Shown piece by piece: positions 48,352-61,867 of a DNA stretch of 64,000 bases (position 1 is the first letter of the stretch; each line of letters begins with the position of its first letter). The position numbers and the translations under genes are program-made. Source of the stretch: Macrostomum lignano (taxonomy: Eukaryota). The DNA is taken from NCBI GenBank assembly GCA_002269645.1, contig NIVC01003564.1, forward strand, positions 27,033 through 91,032, in the 5' to 3' direction. The notes under the pieces were generated by a model. It was not told where the DNA came from. It searched no databases and saw only the letters and a program-made list of their open reading frames with translations.

Positions 48352-50516
48352 TGCATTATAAATGATGAGTGTATAGGTCCCTTCCACAGAGGTATTAGGC
48401 CCCTTTCCATATTTATTTGATAGAGCAGCAGCCAGCAGGAAAGGAAAGCACACACCGCGCGTGTGAAAAATTTTAAGTGCTTTGGATGCTGTCACCATAG
48501 TTTTGCAACTTTTTCCTACAAGGCAAAAATGTCAATATAATATCAATATAACTGAAATGAAATAATAAAATGTGAATAATAGCACTCAGAACTAGGATGG
48601 AATTCTGGCTTTAGGAAAAGAAAATGTGCAAGCATATTCTTAGAGAAGTGCTTAAGTGTTTATATGCTTGAGAAATGTATATAAACATGCCTACAAAATT
48701 GTAGATATTAACAAAACTTGAATTTTCTATTTTTGAGAACTTACTGCTTTGTTTTTGTGACAATGGCCAATTTTATTCATAAGGCCTAGATACTATTTTT
48801 GAAAAGACTAAGACCTTAGGCTAAGCTAAGCCTAATTAAGGTTACTGAAATTTTTTTTGTAAAAACTAAGGCAAATAAAATTTATAGTCAAAAAATGTAA
48901 AAAAAACTTCATATTTGATCAAGTTCTATAAAAATTGTTTTTAGAGTCAGAATTAGAAATATAAGCCTAGTATATAGGCCTTAAGTTAAAAATTAAATCA
49001 GAAAAACAATTATGAAATAATCAAATTTAGCACTATTAGTAAATTAATGATATGATACCCTATAGACTTATACTTTATCTATATAATGAAGAATTATAAT
49101 TACTTTGGTGAATCCCTTTGGTAACATCCATTCTAGTGACAGGTTACTTTGGTGCCAAATAAAGTATATAATTTCAAATTTAAGCTAAAAAATACTCTAG
49201 ATTTAGTCTCTTATAATTTGATACCTTGTTTAAATGGTGATTGGACATTTTGTTGAAAACCTTTTTGTCAAATAGTCATTTTGTCAGTTTGTAAAATAGT
49301 ATATGCATAATTTCAAATATAAATTGAAGTAAATACTCTAGATTAGTTGCATGTATGTTTAAATACGTCAGCATCAAAAAAGAAGTATACTGCTAGTTTA
49401 AAGTAAATTGTTTCTAAGAAAAGGCATATATATTTTAATTTTTAACTTTCTTCCACACATAAAGGAAACATGCAATTAACTTTTTATACTTTCTTATTTG
49501 AACAAGAAATGAACTTGTCAAAAGCAATAATTATTGATTGCCAATTCAATTGATTTTTTTTATTGCCATTAATATTCTCATTTGTAGCTGTAGTTAGCTA
49601 GGCCCCTAGTCAGAATACTCATTAGTCATTGTTGCATGGTAAAATCTTAAAATAAAATAAACTCAGACAGAACATAAGCCTAGCTTCTAGAGTGCAATGC
49701 ATTAGGCCTACTTGGTGAACCTAAATTATCTGTGGTCACAAACTCTAACCAGAGCCATGGTTCAAAAGAATTTTTACTAGTGCATAAAGTTAGTAGGCCC
49801 CCCTAGGGCCTAGGGTAGGCTAGGGCCTAGGCCTAGTTGTCTTTCTGTTTCTGAGTTGCCTGCCATATCATACGTTTCTATAGTAGGGCCTAGATGACAT
49901 TAGTGAAATACTGAAATGAGTTACGATAGGCCTAAGAAAAAGGCCCGGAAGAACGCTACTGAAATTCACCGTGCGCTAAGTTTTGTGTTTCATTAAGGAC
50001 AGTTTCTCGTTTTTGTTCCTAAATAACCGTTAGTAAATGATTTATTGCTGAAAATTGGACTGTGTGTCGTTGTTGTTTCGTTACTATGTGAATAAATTTG
50101 ACTTTCCTAACTGCTTCTAAAGGATATTTCCTTAAAAGGGCTAATTACTTTTGGAACAAATTAAATTGAATTATTTTTTATGTCAATTGATGCGAAGGAA
50201 GGAAGGAATGTCGTAAATTATTATTTACCTCAAATGACGAATTTAAAAGAAAAAATAGTTATTATTTATAACAACAGTTTCAGCATAGAAATACCGATAA
50301 CATTTCTTCTAGCACTAGTATTTTAATCCTTGTAGAATACACTTTAATAAGCTTTTAAAAATATGCTCTGTATTTTTTACTATTTAAAAGGATATTATTT
50401 TTTTTCCAGTCTCGGAGTTGCTTGAATTTCTTCAAATCTTTCTTAGACAGGTTGTGTTTTTCACACTAAAGTCCCAACGAGTCTTATGCAAATTTTCTGT
50501 ATAACACCTAAATAAA

Positions 50517-53500
50517 ATGTGGAAAGTACAGTCTGGTTGCAATTTCGGCTTAAAAACGTTTGTGCTTAGCAGAAATGCCATTGGTGTTGGTCATGCAAGA
50601 GTTGCAGTAATTGACAATAGTTATGTCACTGGTATGTATAAAAAATTATATATTGTTACAATATTGTTCTTTTTCTACATTATTTATTATCAGAAGCTTT
50701 GATTTTTTTCTAGTCTACTATATAAATGCTTTTAATTAGACCTACACAAATCTATTTACTGAATTTTGTGTTGTCTATTTGTCTGTCTATTTGTTGTTGA
50801 GTTTTTGAGAACTATCTGCCGCCATCCAGACAATTTTTTCAAATTACTTTTTAAAGTTTCTAGGCCTAATTTTTTGGGAATAAAAAATTGAATGGGAACC
50901 ATAGTCCAGATCATGCTGGGTGCATACCCAAACAAAAATAGAATAATAATAAATGCATGTTGAAAAAAATTAGTGCATGCCCTTGACTTACTTGACTTAG
51001 CTGCAGGCCATACTCAAGAAGGTGGCCTGCACACGGGAATTTTCCCGCGTGCACAAGCCACGCTAAAATTTTGGTGTGCAAAGTTGGCGTGCAAATAGGG
51101 GTCTTAAGCCATGCCTAAATTTTCAGCGTACAAGTTTTTTACTTGGCATGTAACCTTGGCGTGCAATTACAAACTGACAGTATATCAACAAGTCAAATAT
51201 AGATGTATACACTATATATATACAATATATAAAGTTAAACGTGAACAATTGAATTTTAATATTGATTAAACCAACTAGTTGAAGCTACAGCCAGGCCTAC
51301 ACTCCCATAGTCAGGAAGGTGTCCAGTGTACGCCGGAATAAAAATTAAGAAAAAATGTTGTGTATGCCAAAATTGAAAAGCCCTAAAAAAGCGCTTTTTG
51401 ACGTACACCAAAATTGAATAGCCCAAAAAAGCGTACGCCAAAATTGAGGACCCAAAAAAACTGCAAATGCGCGAAATTTGCAACTTAAATCTTAACTTAC
51501 CTGTATGTCATCTGTTGTAACGTGAAGAAATCTAAAATACTAAAGTAATTATTGTACAGAATTAGTTAATAAGTTAAAATAAATAACTGACTTACACAAA
51601 ACTTTAGTAAAGTTTTGTTAACAATAAATTAGATTCAAAATTTGCATAATTTCAGCGTTTTAAAGATGAAAATAGATTTACCATTTCACTAAAATTGAAC
51701 GATATACAATACTTTGTCGAAGTAATTGGGTTGTTTGCAGGTTTTTTAAACGTTTGTTCTTATGCCAATCACATGCAAATATTGTAGGCCGATTTTTGGA
51801 CAGATTTTTGCATGCGAAAACTGTGTTGTGTATGCCAAGAACTCTGTATGCCATTTTTCGGACCGCGTGTATGCGAAACTGTACGCCATTTTTTTGGGGG
51901 GGGGGCTGATGTACGCCGGAAAATTCCGGCGTACGGACACCTTCCTGACTATGGCTACACTCTACAGCCTACATTAAAATTAAAATATCCAATAACTTTT
52001 AAACGCTCTTATTTTGTGACTCTTGTAGACTTTTAGTTTATTTGTTTCTTGAAATTTGAAGAAAAAGTTTTTGATACTCACTATGTTCTTTGTAGCGAAT
52101 TTCCTTTTTTATATAAACTTTGTTTAACGTAAGTAGAAAATCTATTTAAAAATAGTATCTAATATGGTTAATATTCAAATCACACGTACATGAGGCATAC
52201 ATGATTTTTGGTATTCAAGATTTTTGGCGTGCAACAGAAACGTCATGTTAAGGGTTTTAAAAAATTGGCGTACATTGGCATGCACCAAGGATTTTTCCAT
52301 AAATTGATTCCCGCGTGCACTTGCCACCTTCCTGACTATGGGCTGCAGGGGGGCATCTGGTGGATGCAGCGAGAAGGCAGAGGAGACTGCCCATTCCACT
52401 AGCCCCTGGTGACCAATGACTTCCATCAAAGCGATGTCACTCAAGGGGACCCATTGTTCTTACTTATACCGCAGTCCTCACCAGTGGTAGGAAATAACTC
52501 AGCTTGTCCTGTGTCCTTAAGGTACCAGGCGAGCAGCGGGATGTTCTCAGGGCTGCAAATGTCGGAGAAAACTAGGTTTGGCCCAAGGTAAGTGAGCCTG
52601 GCCCTAGTGAAGACTAGGCAGTAGCAGATAAAATGCTTGGCATTTTCATTGCCTAAGCAGCAGAAAGGGCACTGCTCTTCAAGAACTTGGCCCTAAAGGA
52701 AACGGTGGCTAAAGAAGTAGCCATGCCTGGAGAAGTCCATATTGACTATTTTGAGGTCTTTGCGATTGAGCCTAAAGAGGGCTCTACGCAAGAGAGGAGA
52801 GAGACAAGGGATAGCAGTATAGGATTGCCTATAATTCTGGTTGTCGTGCCATTTGCAGAGATGCTCGGAGTCAGTCCAGCACTTAACATGGGAGTTGATC
52901 AAGAAACCAAGGATAGGGGCTGCTGGGCCCAGCCCCAGCAGTACGCTAGTGGAGCCAGCCTTAACCAGCCTATACATGCCTAACATCTGTCTGAACCAGA
53001 CAGGTGAAATGGCCACCAGCCAAGGTAAGTCGCAAAATCAAAAATGGGAAAAACAAAAAAAATTAGAAGAATAAATAAAGGAGAGGAAAGAAAAAGAAAA
53101 TAAAAAGAAAAAGGGGAAAGAGGAGAAAATAAAGAAAGAGAAGAAAAGTGAACAGAAGAACAAAGTCACAATTAAGAGGAACTAAGTTGCAATCGGGAAG
53201 AACTAAGTCACAATTAGAAGGAACTAAGTTGTAGTCAAGAGGAACTAAGTCGCAATCAAGAAAAACTAAGTTGCAATTGGGAGGAACTAAGTCGCAGACA
53301 GGAAGAACTAAGTCGCAATCGGGAGAAACTAAGTTGCAATTAGGAGGAACTAAGTCACAATCAACGGGAACTAAGTTGTAGACAGGAGGAACTAAGTTGC
53401 AATTGGGAGGAACTAAGTCACAATCAACAGGAACTAAGTTGTAGACAAGAGGAACTAAGTTGCAATTTTCTCTTCTACCAGGAGCATCTGATGCCGAGTG

Positions 53501-56500
53501 ACTATTTAACTAGTTATTTATATAAATTTCCTATATAAAATTGCTCAATGGAAGACCATTAATGCAAATTTGTAGTAGATGCTCAATTTTGGCAGATGTT
53601 AACTATGTTCTTCTATCATATGCTATATGTTTATAGATAGAAAATCCTCGTTCTGCATCAGCTGAAGAAATAGGCAAAGTTAGCACTACCTGAATTAGTT
53701 TTTTTAATTCTAAGCATCTATTCAACTGTCTGTACTTCAAGAAAAAAGCCCAGAATGAAACAGGACTTTTAATCTTATAGGTGCAGAATTCATTCTTGTA
53801 AGCTATTAAGCTATGAATGAGTATTTGAAACTGGCTAGATATTGTCCTTGGCAACCACTTCTAATGCCCATGTGCTTGGCTTGAATGAGAATCAGAATCA
53901 GACGATACTATTTCCATTTAATCTTTAGCAGACAATTAAATGAATTCCAAGGCATCTAGCTAGAGGAATAATCTTTGCACTGTATACAAAAACCCTTTCA
54001 AGAGTGTCTTCAGTAGGTAAAGCTTTGGGATCAAGAACATCAAATATTGAGTATGTCTCCTCAGGAAAGTATCTCTGTAGTTGGGTAATAATATTGTCAA
54101 TGATATTAGCTTGAATATCTTTCAGTGGTGGAAATTTATTTTCGGATATTTTGGCAGCACTTGTAGAAGAAGATGAAGCAGAACTTACATATGGGCGGGG
54201 GGGGGCATAGCCCAGTGGTAGCGCAGCTGCTCTGGTGTGCTAGCGACCCAGGCTCGATTCCAAGTGCAGTCACATTAATTTGGGGCTAAATTGGAATCTT
54301 GGCTTGGCTCTGCTCGTGTAATTAATGGCCTTGAGAGCCAACCCCCCAAGGCGCAGTGAAGTGTACATGCCTAACAATAAAATAAAGTTAGGGCCACTAT
54401 ACACTCCTGTGTGAGTGTGTGCCTACGTACGTATCCGCGCGCTTGTGTGCCTGCTCAGGGGAGTTGGCAGAATGGGCAGTAATGCCTCTCGTCGGTTGTG
54501 TGCCTATGTTGCTTAAAGTGCGCTAGTGTGCACACAAAACCGCCCTGCTGCCTCTCTCTCTCTCTCTCTCTCTCTCTACATATAGGCAACCCCTAGTACC
54601 TGTAGCACAAACTGAGCAAGGTTGCCTTAGTTCAAAATTTTGAGTTGTCTTGTCCTATAAAGCATTGAAAGTTAGAGTGTGAGAGGTCATATGTCTGGCA
54701 GTGGGATCAGTACTCTGTCTCCTCGGTATGCCTTGTCACTACTTGGCACTTGCAATAGTTTAGGAATGCTGTTGTGCTTGGCCCATTTTCAGTTTTTAGT
54801 ATTTTAGTATTTCCAATGAGTTTATTAAGTCATTGTGACATTTTTGTAGGCCAATAAAAGTTGCTTGTATCTTCTAAAACTGCATAGATTGAAGTTAAAA
54901 AGAATTTAGCACATCCAAAATAAATATATGCAGAGCATAGTACCGAATATTCTGAAGAGTATTTAAAAAGCCAGTTGCTATAGCTTTGCTTTCATAAATA
55001 AATCCAGTGGAAGGTGACTTTATACTTTCTAAATTAGTTACCAAAGTATAGTAGGACTTTCTAACAACTTCTAAAGCTGAGACTTATGATGCTACCCATC
55101 TAATCGGGTATATCTTTTTAAGGTTATAAAATACAGCATTTAAAGCCACTGATGTTTCAGCAAGAGAAGCATTACACTTTATAGTCATGACTTATGGCAA
55201 ATTTTCGAAGGTATAATACATAGAAAGTTCCAATTTGTGTGCAGCACAATGGTGTTGGAAGTAATTGTTTCTTGCCCATAGTTTTAGCAAACTTGTAAGT
55301 CCAACTCGATTTCCTGTTATCACAGATGCTCTATTTGTTGTAATGCCCCATAGTCTTTGTGAAACAATTGTTGCAATATTATCTTGAGTAAATAAATCTT
55401 TTAGCATATCAAATATGCTTTGTCCTGTTTCTGTGACAGACAGTTGCTTAAATCTATAGAAGTACATTATTGGTTTGCTCTTCTCAAGCATCCTGACATG
55501 CTGGCATGCTTATTTGAGAAGATCAATATGTGTGGGTTGTTGCATCTGCACCATGAATCTTAATTTCTGCATTCTGTACAGCTAGATCTCTATTAGAAGC
55601 AACAACCTCTGGATTTTGCACTGCCATTAACAGTCTCTCTCTGTGTGAGCTTGCTGAACATTGGGATGGTCGTGCTTCTAGTTCCCTTGAATGTGCTGCA
55701 GCTGCACCATCACCTGATCCCTAGGCTGCACTTAAGATTGCTGGTAAATTTTCTAATATCCAATGCACACCAGAACACTCATTCACTTCTCCAGGAGTTA
55801 TACAACCAAGTTTCCATCATGTAAAGAGCAATGGCTTTTGCTCTTTAGCTGCAGAAAGGGGGCACCAGTTGATAGAATAGTCTTCATGGCCTTTTTCATC
55901 CCATTCACGTGCAGGACTCAGTATATAGTCAGGTATAAGTCTATCTTTAAGTGAAGTATATGACTCAAAGAATGTACACTGGTTGTTCTATATACCTCTT
56001 GCATAAATGATCATGTCGTGAGTTCTATGTTGAAATATCCTCATTGATTGGAATTCTATCAACAAATGTAGGTCACCTATTAGATGGGTGCATCTTTGTT
56101 AGAGGTAACTTTGCAATGCTATTTAGGTAGTTTGCCGCATCTTCATTTCTTGAATAGTCTTTCTGATACAGAAGCATGAGGGCCATAGGACTTTTGCCAT
56201 TACCATTCCTCAATACATTTAGGTCATTTGGAAGTTGTTTACTTGCCAATTTGAAAATTGAAAATTGCAATGCCCTAGCTGGTGCTTCCTTAGACAGTAG
56301 TCCTGTTTTACCTGTATACCCAATTGCAAAGTCTGTGAAGTACATGTCTGCTGTATTTATTCTATCCTTTGATGCAATAACAAAAAAATTGGTTTTTCCT
56401 TCATTGCAATGCAAAAAAGTCTATAGAAAAAGTAATGACTGGTTTTTTGAACTGTCAATGTAGGCTTTATCGAACATACAAGCTTTAATTCAACAAATTC

Positions 56501-59500
56501 CAAAAACTCTTGAGAGCCAAGATGGGGTCTATCAGTATTCAGCTCATTTATAACAAAAGTACACAATCTGTCTAGATCAGTCCAACAGTTTATTGAAGCA
56601 CAATAGAAACATAGGGCAAGTAGTGCAATTTTGCAAGAAAAGCTGTAGCTTATACCTCATTCTTACTTAGCTGGACCTGAAATGCAAGTGACAAGTCTTT
56701 CTTTAGCTACAAAGGTTTACCAACTTGATTTTTGAAATGTTTTATCCAATGAAATGGATAAGGTTATAATTTGCAAGCAGCTTAGCAAAAGCAACACTTA
56801 CCACTTCCACAAGTCAAAGTTACCAGTGCCTGTACTTTTTTTACTGAAGGTAGTTTTGCTGCAGTTTGCCTTCAGCCTTATCTGGTTGCCTTAAACTAAA
56901 GCTTTCTGTTTGTTATCCAAAAAACCAGCCCACATGAGGCCTATATAAATATATGAGTGCACAAGTGTGCAGATACAAGTTAGTTTGCCAGACATACAGT
57001 ACAATATGTAAAGTGTAGCCTACAGGGTACAAGCTACCAGTCTTTCAGTGTGGTGGCAGATAGGTAAGTCGCAAATCTAGACAAAACTAAGTTGCATTGT
57101 ACGGGTGAAATTTTGAGGTTGGGCATGTATGAGCCAGTATATCAGCACACTCATTGCCAAGGAAAACCATATGGCCCGGGATCCATCTAAGCTCAACCTG
57201 GTTGCCTAGCGCAAGTCCGTTGAGCTGGGTGTTGTAGTCCAGGATGGACCTGGAGCTAGTAGTGCTGCAGCAGAGGGCCCAAAGGGCTGCTTGGCTATCA
57301 AAGTGAAAAATAAATTTCTGACTGCTAAGCTGCCCTTAGCGCAGCTCTGCCGCACAGGAGCTGATGGCAAGCACCTTGCTCTGAAAAACACTGGAGTTGA
57401 GCCTAGTGTGCTGGAAGTAGCTCCACACCACTTTTCCCTTGAAGAAGATGCAAGCTCCAAAGCCTGAAAGACCATGCCTCATAGAGCTGTCAGTGTAACA
57501 GTGGACTTCAGAGTTGCTCCAGCTGTCACTCGCCTTGTGTCAAGGCTGAATAGTGACCTAATACCTTTGGCTCAGGAGAAGAGTGGCTGGGATTGAGTCT
57601 GTGAGGATGTTGAGCCTGCCATACTCCTCGAGAGCCTTAAGGCAAAGGTCAGAGTGCAGGATAAGCGACCACTTCTTAAAGGCTGGCACTTTCTTGAAGG
57701 CCACCCCAGCATCTAGAAGATGCCCAAGTGCTCTTTGCCGCCTCTCCTTTGATGTAATTATCCAGAGGAGGGGCATAGAGAAAGGCATTCATGCCTTCAA
57801 AAGGAGTAGAGGGTGGAGTGCCCATAGTGATACAGCAGGCTCTGCCCTGGATTTTGTAATGAGTTTTAAGGTTGCTCTTGACGCTCAGGCTGCTGGCCCA
57901 TATGAGGCTGGAATAACTGATTGAGGGGTGGATGATGACAGTGTAAATCCACCAGAAGGATTTGTTTTGGTGCGGGTATGCTGATCAGGTATAATGCATG
58001 GCACACCTGCGCTAGAACAAATCCTATCAAAAATGTTTGATGGCGCTGTGTACCAGAACTATTCCTATCAAAAAAATTTGCTTATACGGTATGCCATATT
58101 GTGGAAGGTATAGTATATACCAAAAAAATGGCATACAATAGTCTATAGTGAAGCAGTCAAACAAAAGTTTGTATATTAATTTTCAGCTATAAATAGTATT
58201 TGTAATAGATAAAAAACAAAGAAAATAAAAAAATATCAGCTAAAAAGGGGTCATTGATGCAACACAAAAAGGTCATTTTTTCACATGCAAAAATATGTTT
58301 TATTGATATAACACCAACCTAGATTTGAGAATGTACTCAACTTTTTTTGGTGTGCATTTGTAATTATTTTTTTTATGTTTGGGTGTGTATTCAGCTTGAT
58401 CTAGACTATAAAGTGACATAGCAACGATTTTGAAATGGCTTTTAAAGGGGGTTAAAGATGTGCTGCATTGGTGCAATATAGTGCTAGACAAAAACTTCTG
58501 ACAAGACAATATTAAGATTATGATTTCACACTCTGAATCATACAGTATACGCCCAAAATTGTAGCCATATACTTAGCTAAATTTTAGCTAATAAAATACA
58601 GAATATATATTGTATCATTTTATTTAAGCCTTGAAGCATTTTATTTATTCATGGATTAGCAAAGAGCTTGTTCAAGATTAAATGCATGAGCTGGTTATGA
58701 AAGGTTTGAAGCAAGGCCAAGCCACTCTGGTTGTCTGAATTGACTGAATCTTTTTAGTTGGCTGACAGTGTGTGTGTATGTACTACTAGTATTACTAACT
58801 GCTTATGCTACCAATACTAATTGTATACTAGTATAGCAGTAATATGTTAGTATATGTTTTTTATAATTTTATATTGTTTTTTATATGTATGCGACTTGGC
58901 CTAGGCCCCTACCTCTACCTGTATCCCAATTTGTACACATTCATCCACTCAGGTAAGCAGCAGCAATGCCAAGCTGTCCAGCTTCACCAGCCTCATCGGT
59001 GCAACAGCTCTGCAAGCCGTCTAACAGACTACAAGCGTGGCAAAGGCGGTCGCAGCTCATTTAGCGGCATGGTTGCCACAGTGTTTGGCTGTTCCGGCTT
59101 CTTTGGCAAATACGTTGTCAATAGGCTGGGCAAAATGGGCTGCCAGGTGATCTGCCCGTACCGAGGCGATCCCTACGATGTAAAGGAGCTGAAACTGATG
59201 GGCGACCTGGGTCAGATCCTGTTCTTGCCCATCCACCTGGAGGACGAAGCCAGCCTGCGCAAGGCGATGCAATATTCCAACGTAGTTGTCAATCTAATTG
59301 GCAAAAACAATGAGACCAGAAATTTCTCATTTGAGGATGTGAACTACTTGGGTGCTCAGCGTATTGCTCGCCTAGCTAAGGAGAGCGGCGTTGAGAAGCT
59401 GCTGCACTTCAGCTCGTTGAACGCCTGTCCGAATCCAGCTGGTCACGTGCTGCCGGAGGGCTCCGAGTTCTTGCGCACCAAATTCAAAGGCGAAATGGCT

Positions 59501-61544
59501 GTTAGGGAAGAATTTCCCGAGGCTATCGTGTTCCGACCCGCCGATATGTTTGGCCAGTTGGATCACTTTCTGACTCTGTACGCTAGGCCTTATCGTCGGG
59601 TGGCCGGACTGGGCGGTGTCACCTACATACCACTGTACAAGAAAGGTCGGACCACTGTCAAGCAGCCGGTGTTTGCTAGCGATGTTGGTGACGGCGTGGT
59701 GAAAGCCCTGCTAGATCCCGGCTGTATGGGCAAGACCTTTGATATTGTTGGACCGCACAGGTGAGTGCTGATGGGATTAAAAATTGATTAAAAACTGGGT
59801 AAACGGCAGGAGTAACTATAACTGTACTGCAATAGAAAAATGTCTTGTCATCTAGTTAGTCGTTTCGCTATCAGAGTTAGTTGTTTTCAAGTAAAATAAA
59901 AATAATTACACCTGCCCTATTGGGCAGATGTGCAACCGACAGCTCAGCCGCAGCTATTGCGCGGCGCATCTGAAGGCTGCGTACGGCTGTTCAGTCCAAG
60001 GACTGGGGGGCGTCGCCACACAGCCTCAATTACCCCAGCTAATGCTGGCACCCATTATACAGCTGGTGATTTTAAAACTGAAGCAATGCAGAGTTGAGTG
60101 TCTTGCTCAAGGACACAAATTGTTCCAAATAAGACAAGAATCGAACCCCCGACCTTTCATTCGTTAAGCACTAAGCCACAACCCCTCCTGATCTAAAGTA
60201 TATCCAATTTCATACTGTAGCATTTTGGTTTTACTGCGTGTTGCTATAGTGCATCTGTACCGTAGGCTCCCTGAAGGTCTGCCTTCCCAACCCTGGTGCA
60301 GAGACAATCAGAATGTCAAGGGCAGCTCAGAAGTCAGCCGGAAGATGCTCAGAAATGACCAAGAAGCTCAGTGAACTAGGTGGTCATCACCAAGGGTTAA
60401 TATGCTAGGCTATTATCCATCTTAATCAAAACTACAGACAGATACTAGAATCACTAGATGGGCCATTCAGCACATTTGCGTGTAAGCTACTTTCAATTCA
60501 GTAGTAAGTTAAACTGAAGCATTTTAATGTATTTTTAAGACACAAGGCTCATTTATTGGCTCTTACCCCCCCCCCATTTATTATTTTTTTTATTAGAGGC
60601 AGGGGGGCTGTGTGCACCCTGGCGCACTTTAAGCGACATAGGCACACAACCGGCGAGAGGCATTACTGCCCATTCCGCGACTCCCCTGAGCAGGCATACA
60701 AGCGCGCGGATACGTACGCAGGCACACACTCACACAGGAGTGTACACCGGCCCTAGCTTTATATTATCGTTAGGCATGTACAATTCACTGCACCTTGGGG
60801 GGTTGGCTCTCAAGGCCGTTAATTGCACGAGCAGAGCCAAGCCGAGATTCCAATTCAGCCCCAAATTAATGTGACTGTACTTGGAATCGAGCCTGGGTCG
60901 CTGGCACACCAGAGCAGCTGCGCTACCGCTGGCTACGGCCCCCCTTATCCCCCCCAATTTAAATAAACCCTCAGACTCCACACAGAACCTCTACCCTGCC
61001 GAGCCGCCCAATTTTATTATTGCCCCTCCTCGATTGTTCCAGCCTAATTCCGCCATGTACATTTCAGTGAACCAATTAGCAAGCTGTTTAACGCCTGCAA
61101 GCTTGGACTTCTATTTATAAAAGAAGCTTATGTATTATCCATTGCTACAGATCTGAAAGTAGAAAGCTGTTATCTTGTCATGACCCCCCCCTGTCCGTAG
61201 GTACCGGCTGGACCACCTGATCACCTACATCTACCAGTGCTTAGATACAGTCCCAGCAACATTCGCTTAACCGAATTCAATCGAACACTGCCATTCAAGC
61301 TGCAAATGCGCCTGATAAATTTCGTCGGCCGGTCAGTCCGCCCTACTCGCTAGACCGGATCGAACGAGAATTTGTGACTGACACCCTGACGCCTGGCAAT
61401 CCGACACTGGCCGATCTGGGTGTGCAGCTCACCCCGCTGGAGCACCGGATTCACTGGGAGATCAAGCCGTACCGGCTGTACAACTACTACTGGGCCAGCA
61501 TTGGCGAGTTCCCCGAGCCCGACCCGCCGCCTCTGGCTCATTAA
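50517..61544 (+). CDS. NDUFA9: NADH dehydrogenase (ubiquinone) 1 alpha subcomplex subunit 9 (about 422 aa)
   Basis: Exon 2 58953-59760 reads KRGKGGRSSFSGMVATVFGCSGFFGKYVVNRLGKMGCQVICPYRG...GDLGQILF. Exon 3 61201-61544 ends RIEREFVTD...LADLGV...YYWASIGEFPEPDPP* and needs two 1-bp restorations. Exon 1 50517-50631 (transit-peptide-like, G|GTATGT, phase-compatible) is less certain. Confidence 0.9.
51008..52341. mobile_element. MITE with CCATAGTCAGGAAGGTG TIRs (outer copy)
   Basis: Left TIR has 2 mismatches; perfect 8-bp TSD GCTGCAGG (51000-51007 and 52342-52349). Confidence 0.9.
51305..51954. mobile_element. Same-family MITE nested in the outer copy
   Basis: Perfect 20-bp TIR CCATAGTCAGGAAGGTGTCC; perfect 8-bp TSD CTACACTC (51297-51304 and 51955-51962). 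Confidence 0.92.
53170..53465. repeat. About 21-nt subterminal repeats (GGAACTAAGTTGCAAT core) of the hAT element
   Basis: About 13 imperfect copies; related AACTAAGTTGCA / GTAAGTCGCAAA motifs lie near the other end (57062-57096). Confidence 0.8.
54200..54578 (+). mobile_element. tRNA-derived SINE, copy A
   Basis: A-box TAGCCCAGTGG (54208-54218), B-box GGCTCGATTCC (54251-54261), (CT)n tail; second copy at 60601-60944. Confidence 0.85.
59925..60180 (-). mobile_element. tRNA-derived SINE of a second family
   Basis: Minus strand shows TGGCTTAGTG (A-box-like), GGTTCGATTC (B-box), then TTGTGTCCTTGAGCAAGACACT, a hairpin motif common in metazoan SINE2 cores. Confidence 0.7.
60601..60944 (-). mobile_element. 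tRNA-derived SINE, copy B (inverted relative to copy A)
   Basis: The reverse complement aligns end to end with 54200-54550 (roughly 90% by eye). Confidence 0.85.
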
Positions 61545-61867
61545 AATCAGAACTTGATTGTGTCTCCAGCTTTGTTGTTGACTGACCTATCATAGATGCT
61601 TCTGTTGCAGACTGGAACACACCCTCAGATGCGCTAGTTTATTCATTGTTTAATAGTTATTATTTGGGTAGGTAGGTAGCTAGCTAGTGTTCTTTAATTT
61701 AGATAAAATAATATTTATCTTACTAACGTCATTGTGGGCTCCCTTAATGTTAAGTAAATATAATATAATATTGGCACATGTGCCCGATTGGGAGCTGTCT
61801 ATGCAATTTTTTTTTCACGGGTATATCTGTCTCTTTTCTTTTGATTTTGTTTGACAGGTGGTATTAT

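Larger units (their letters stand above)
52971..57131 (-). mobile_element. Decayed autonomous-size hAT transposon (ZNF862-like transposase) inserted in the LINE
   Basis: TIRs TATACATGCCTAAC / GTTGGGCATGTATG; degenerate flanks AACCAGCC / AGCCAGTA. Transposase motifs GITTNRASVITG...HHCAAHKLEL (55192-55491) and LTLPISSADAERGFS (53603-53854). Confidence 0.75.
50982..58000 (-). mobile_element. 5'-truncated R1/LOA/I-group LINE (RT thumb, RNase H, CCHC finger), split by insertions
   Basis: 57930-57740: WIYTVIIHPSISYSSLIW...KIQGRAC. 57510-57130: HCYTDSS...VFQSKVLAI...DSQAALWAL...LRWIPGH...GNECADILA. It resumes at 52970 with RLVKAGSTS...SRHGYF...CPFC....ENAKHFICYC. A short tandem tail TAAGTCAAG x2 lies near 50982-50999. 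Confidence 0.8.

Noticed and set aside
37500-58800. Chimeric assembly or contamination suggested by the shift to AT-rich DNA
   Set aside because: GPATCH8-like and NDUFA9 exons splice in phase across the compositional boundaries.
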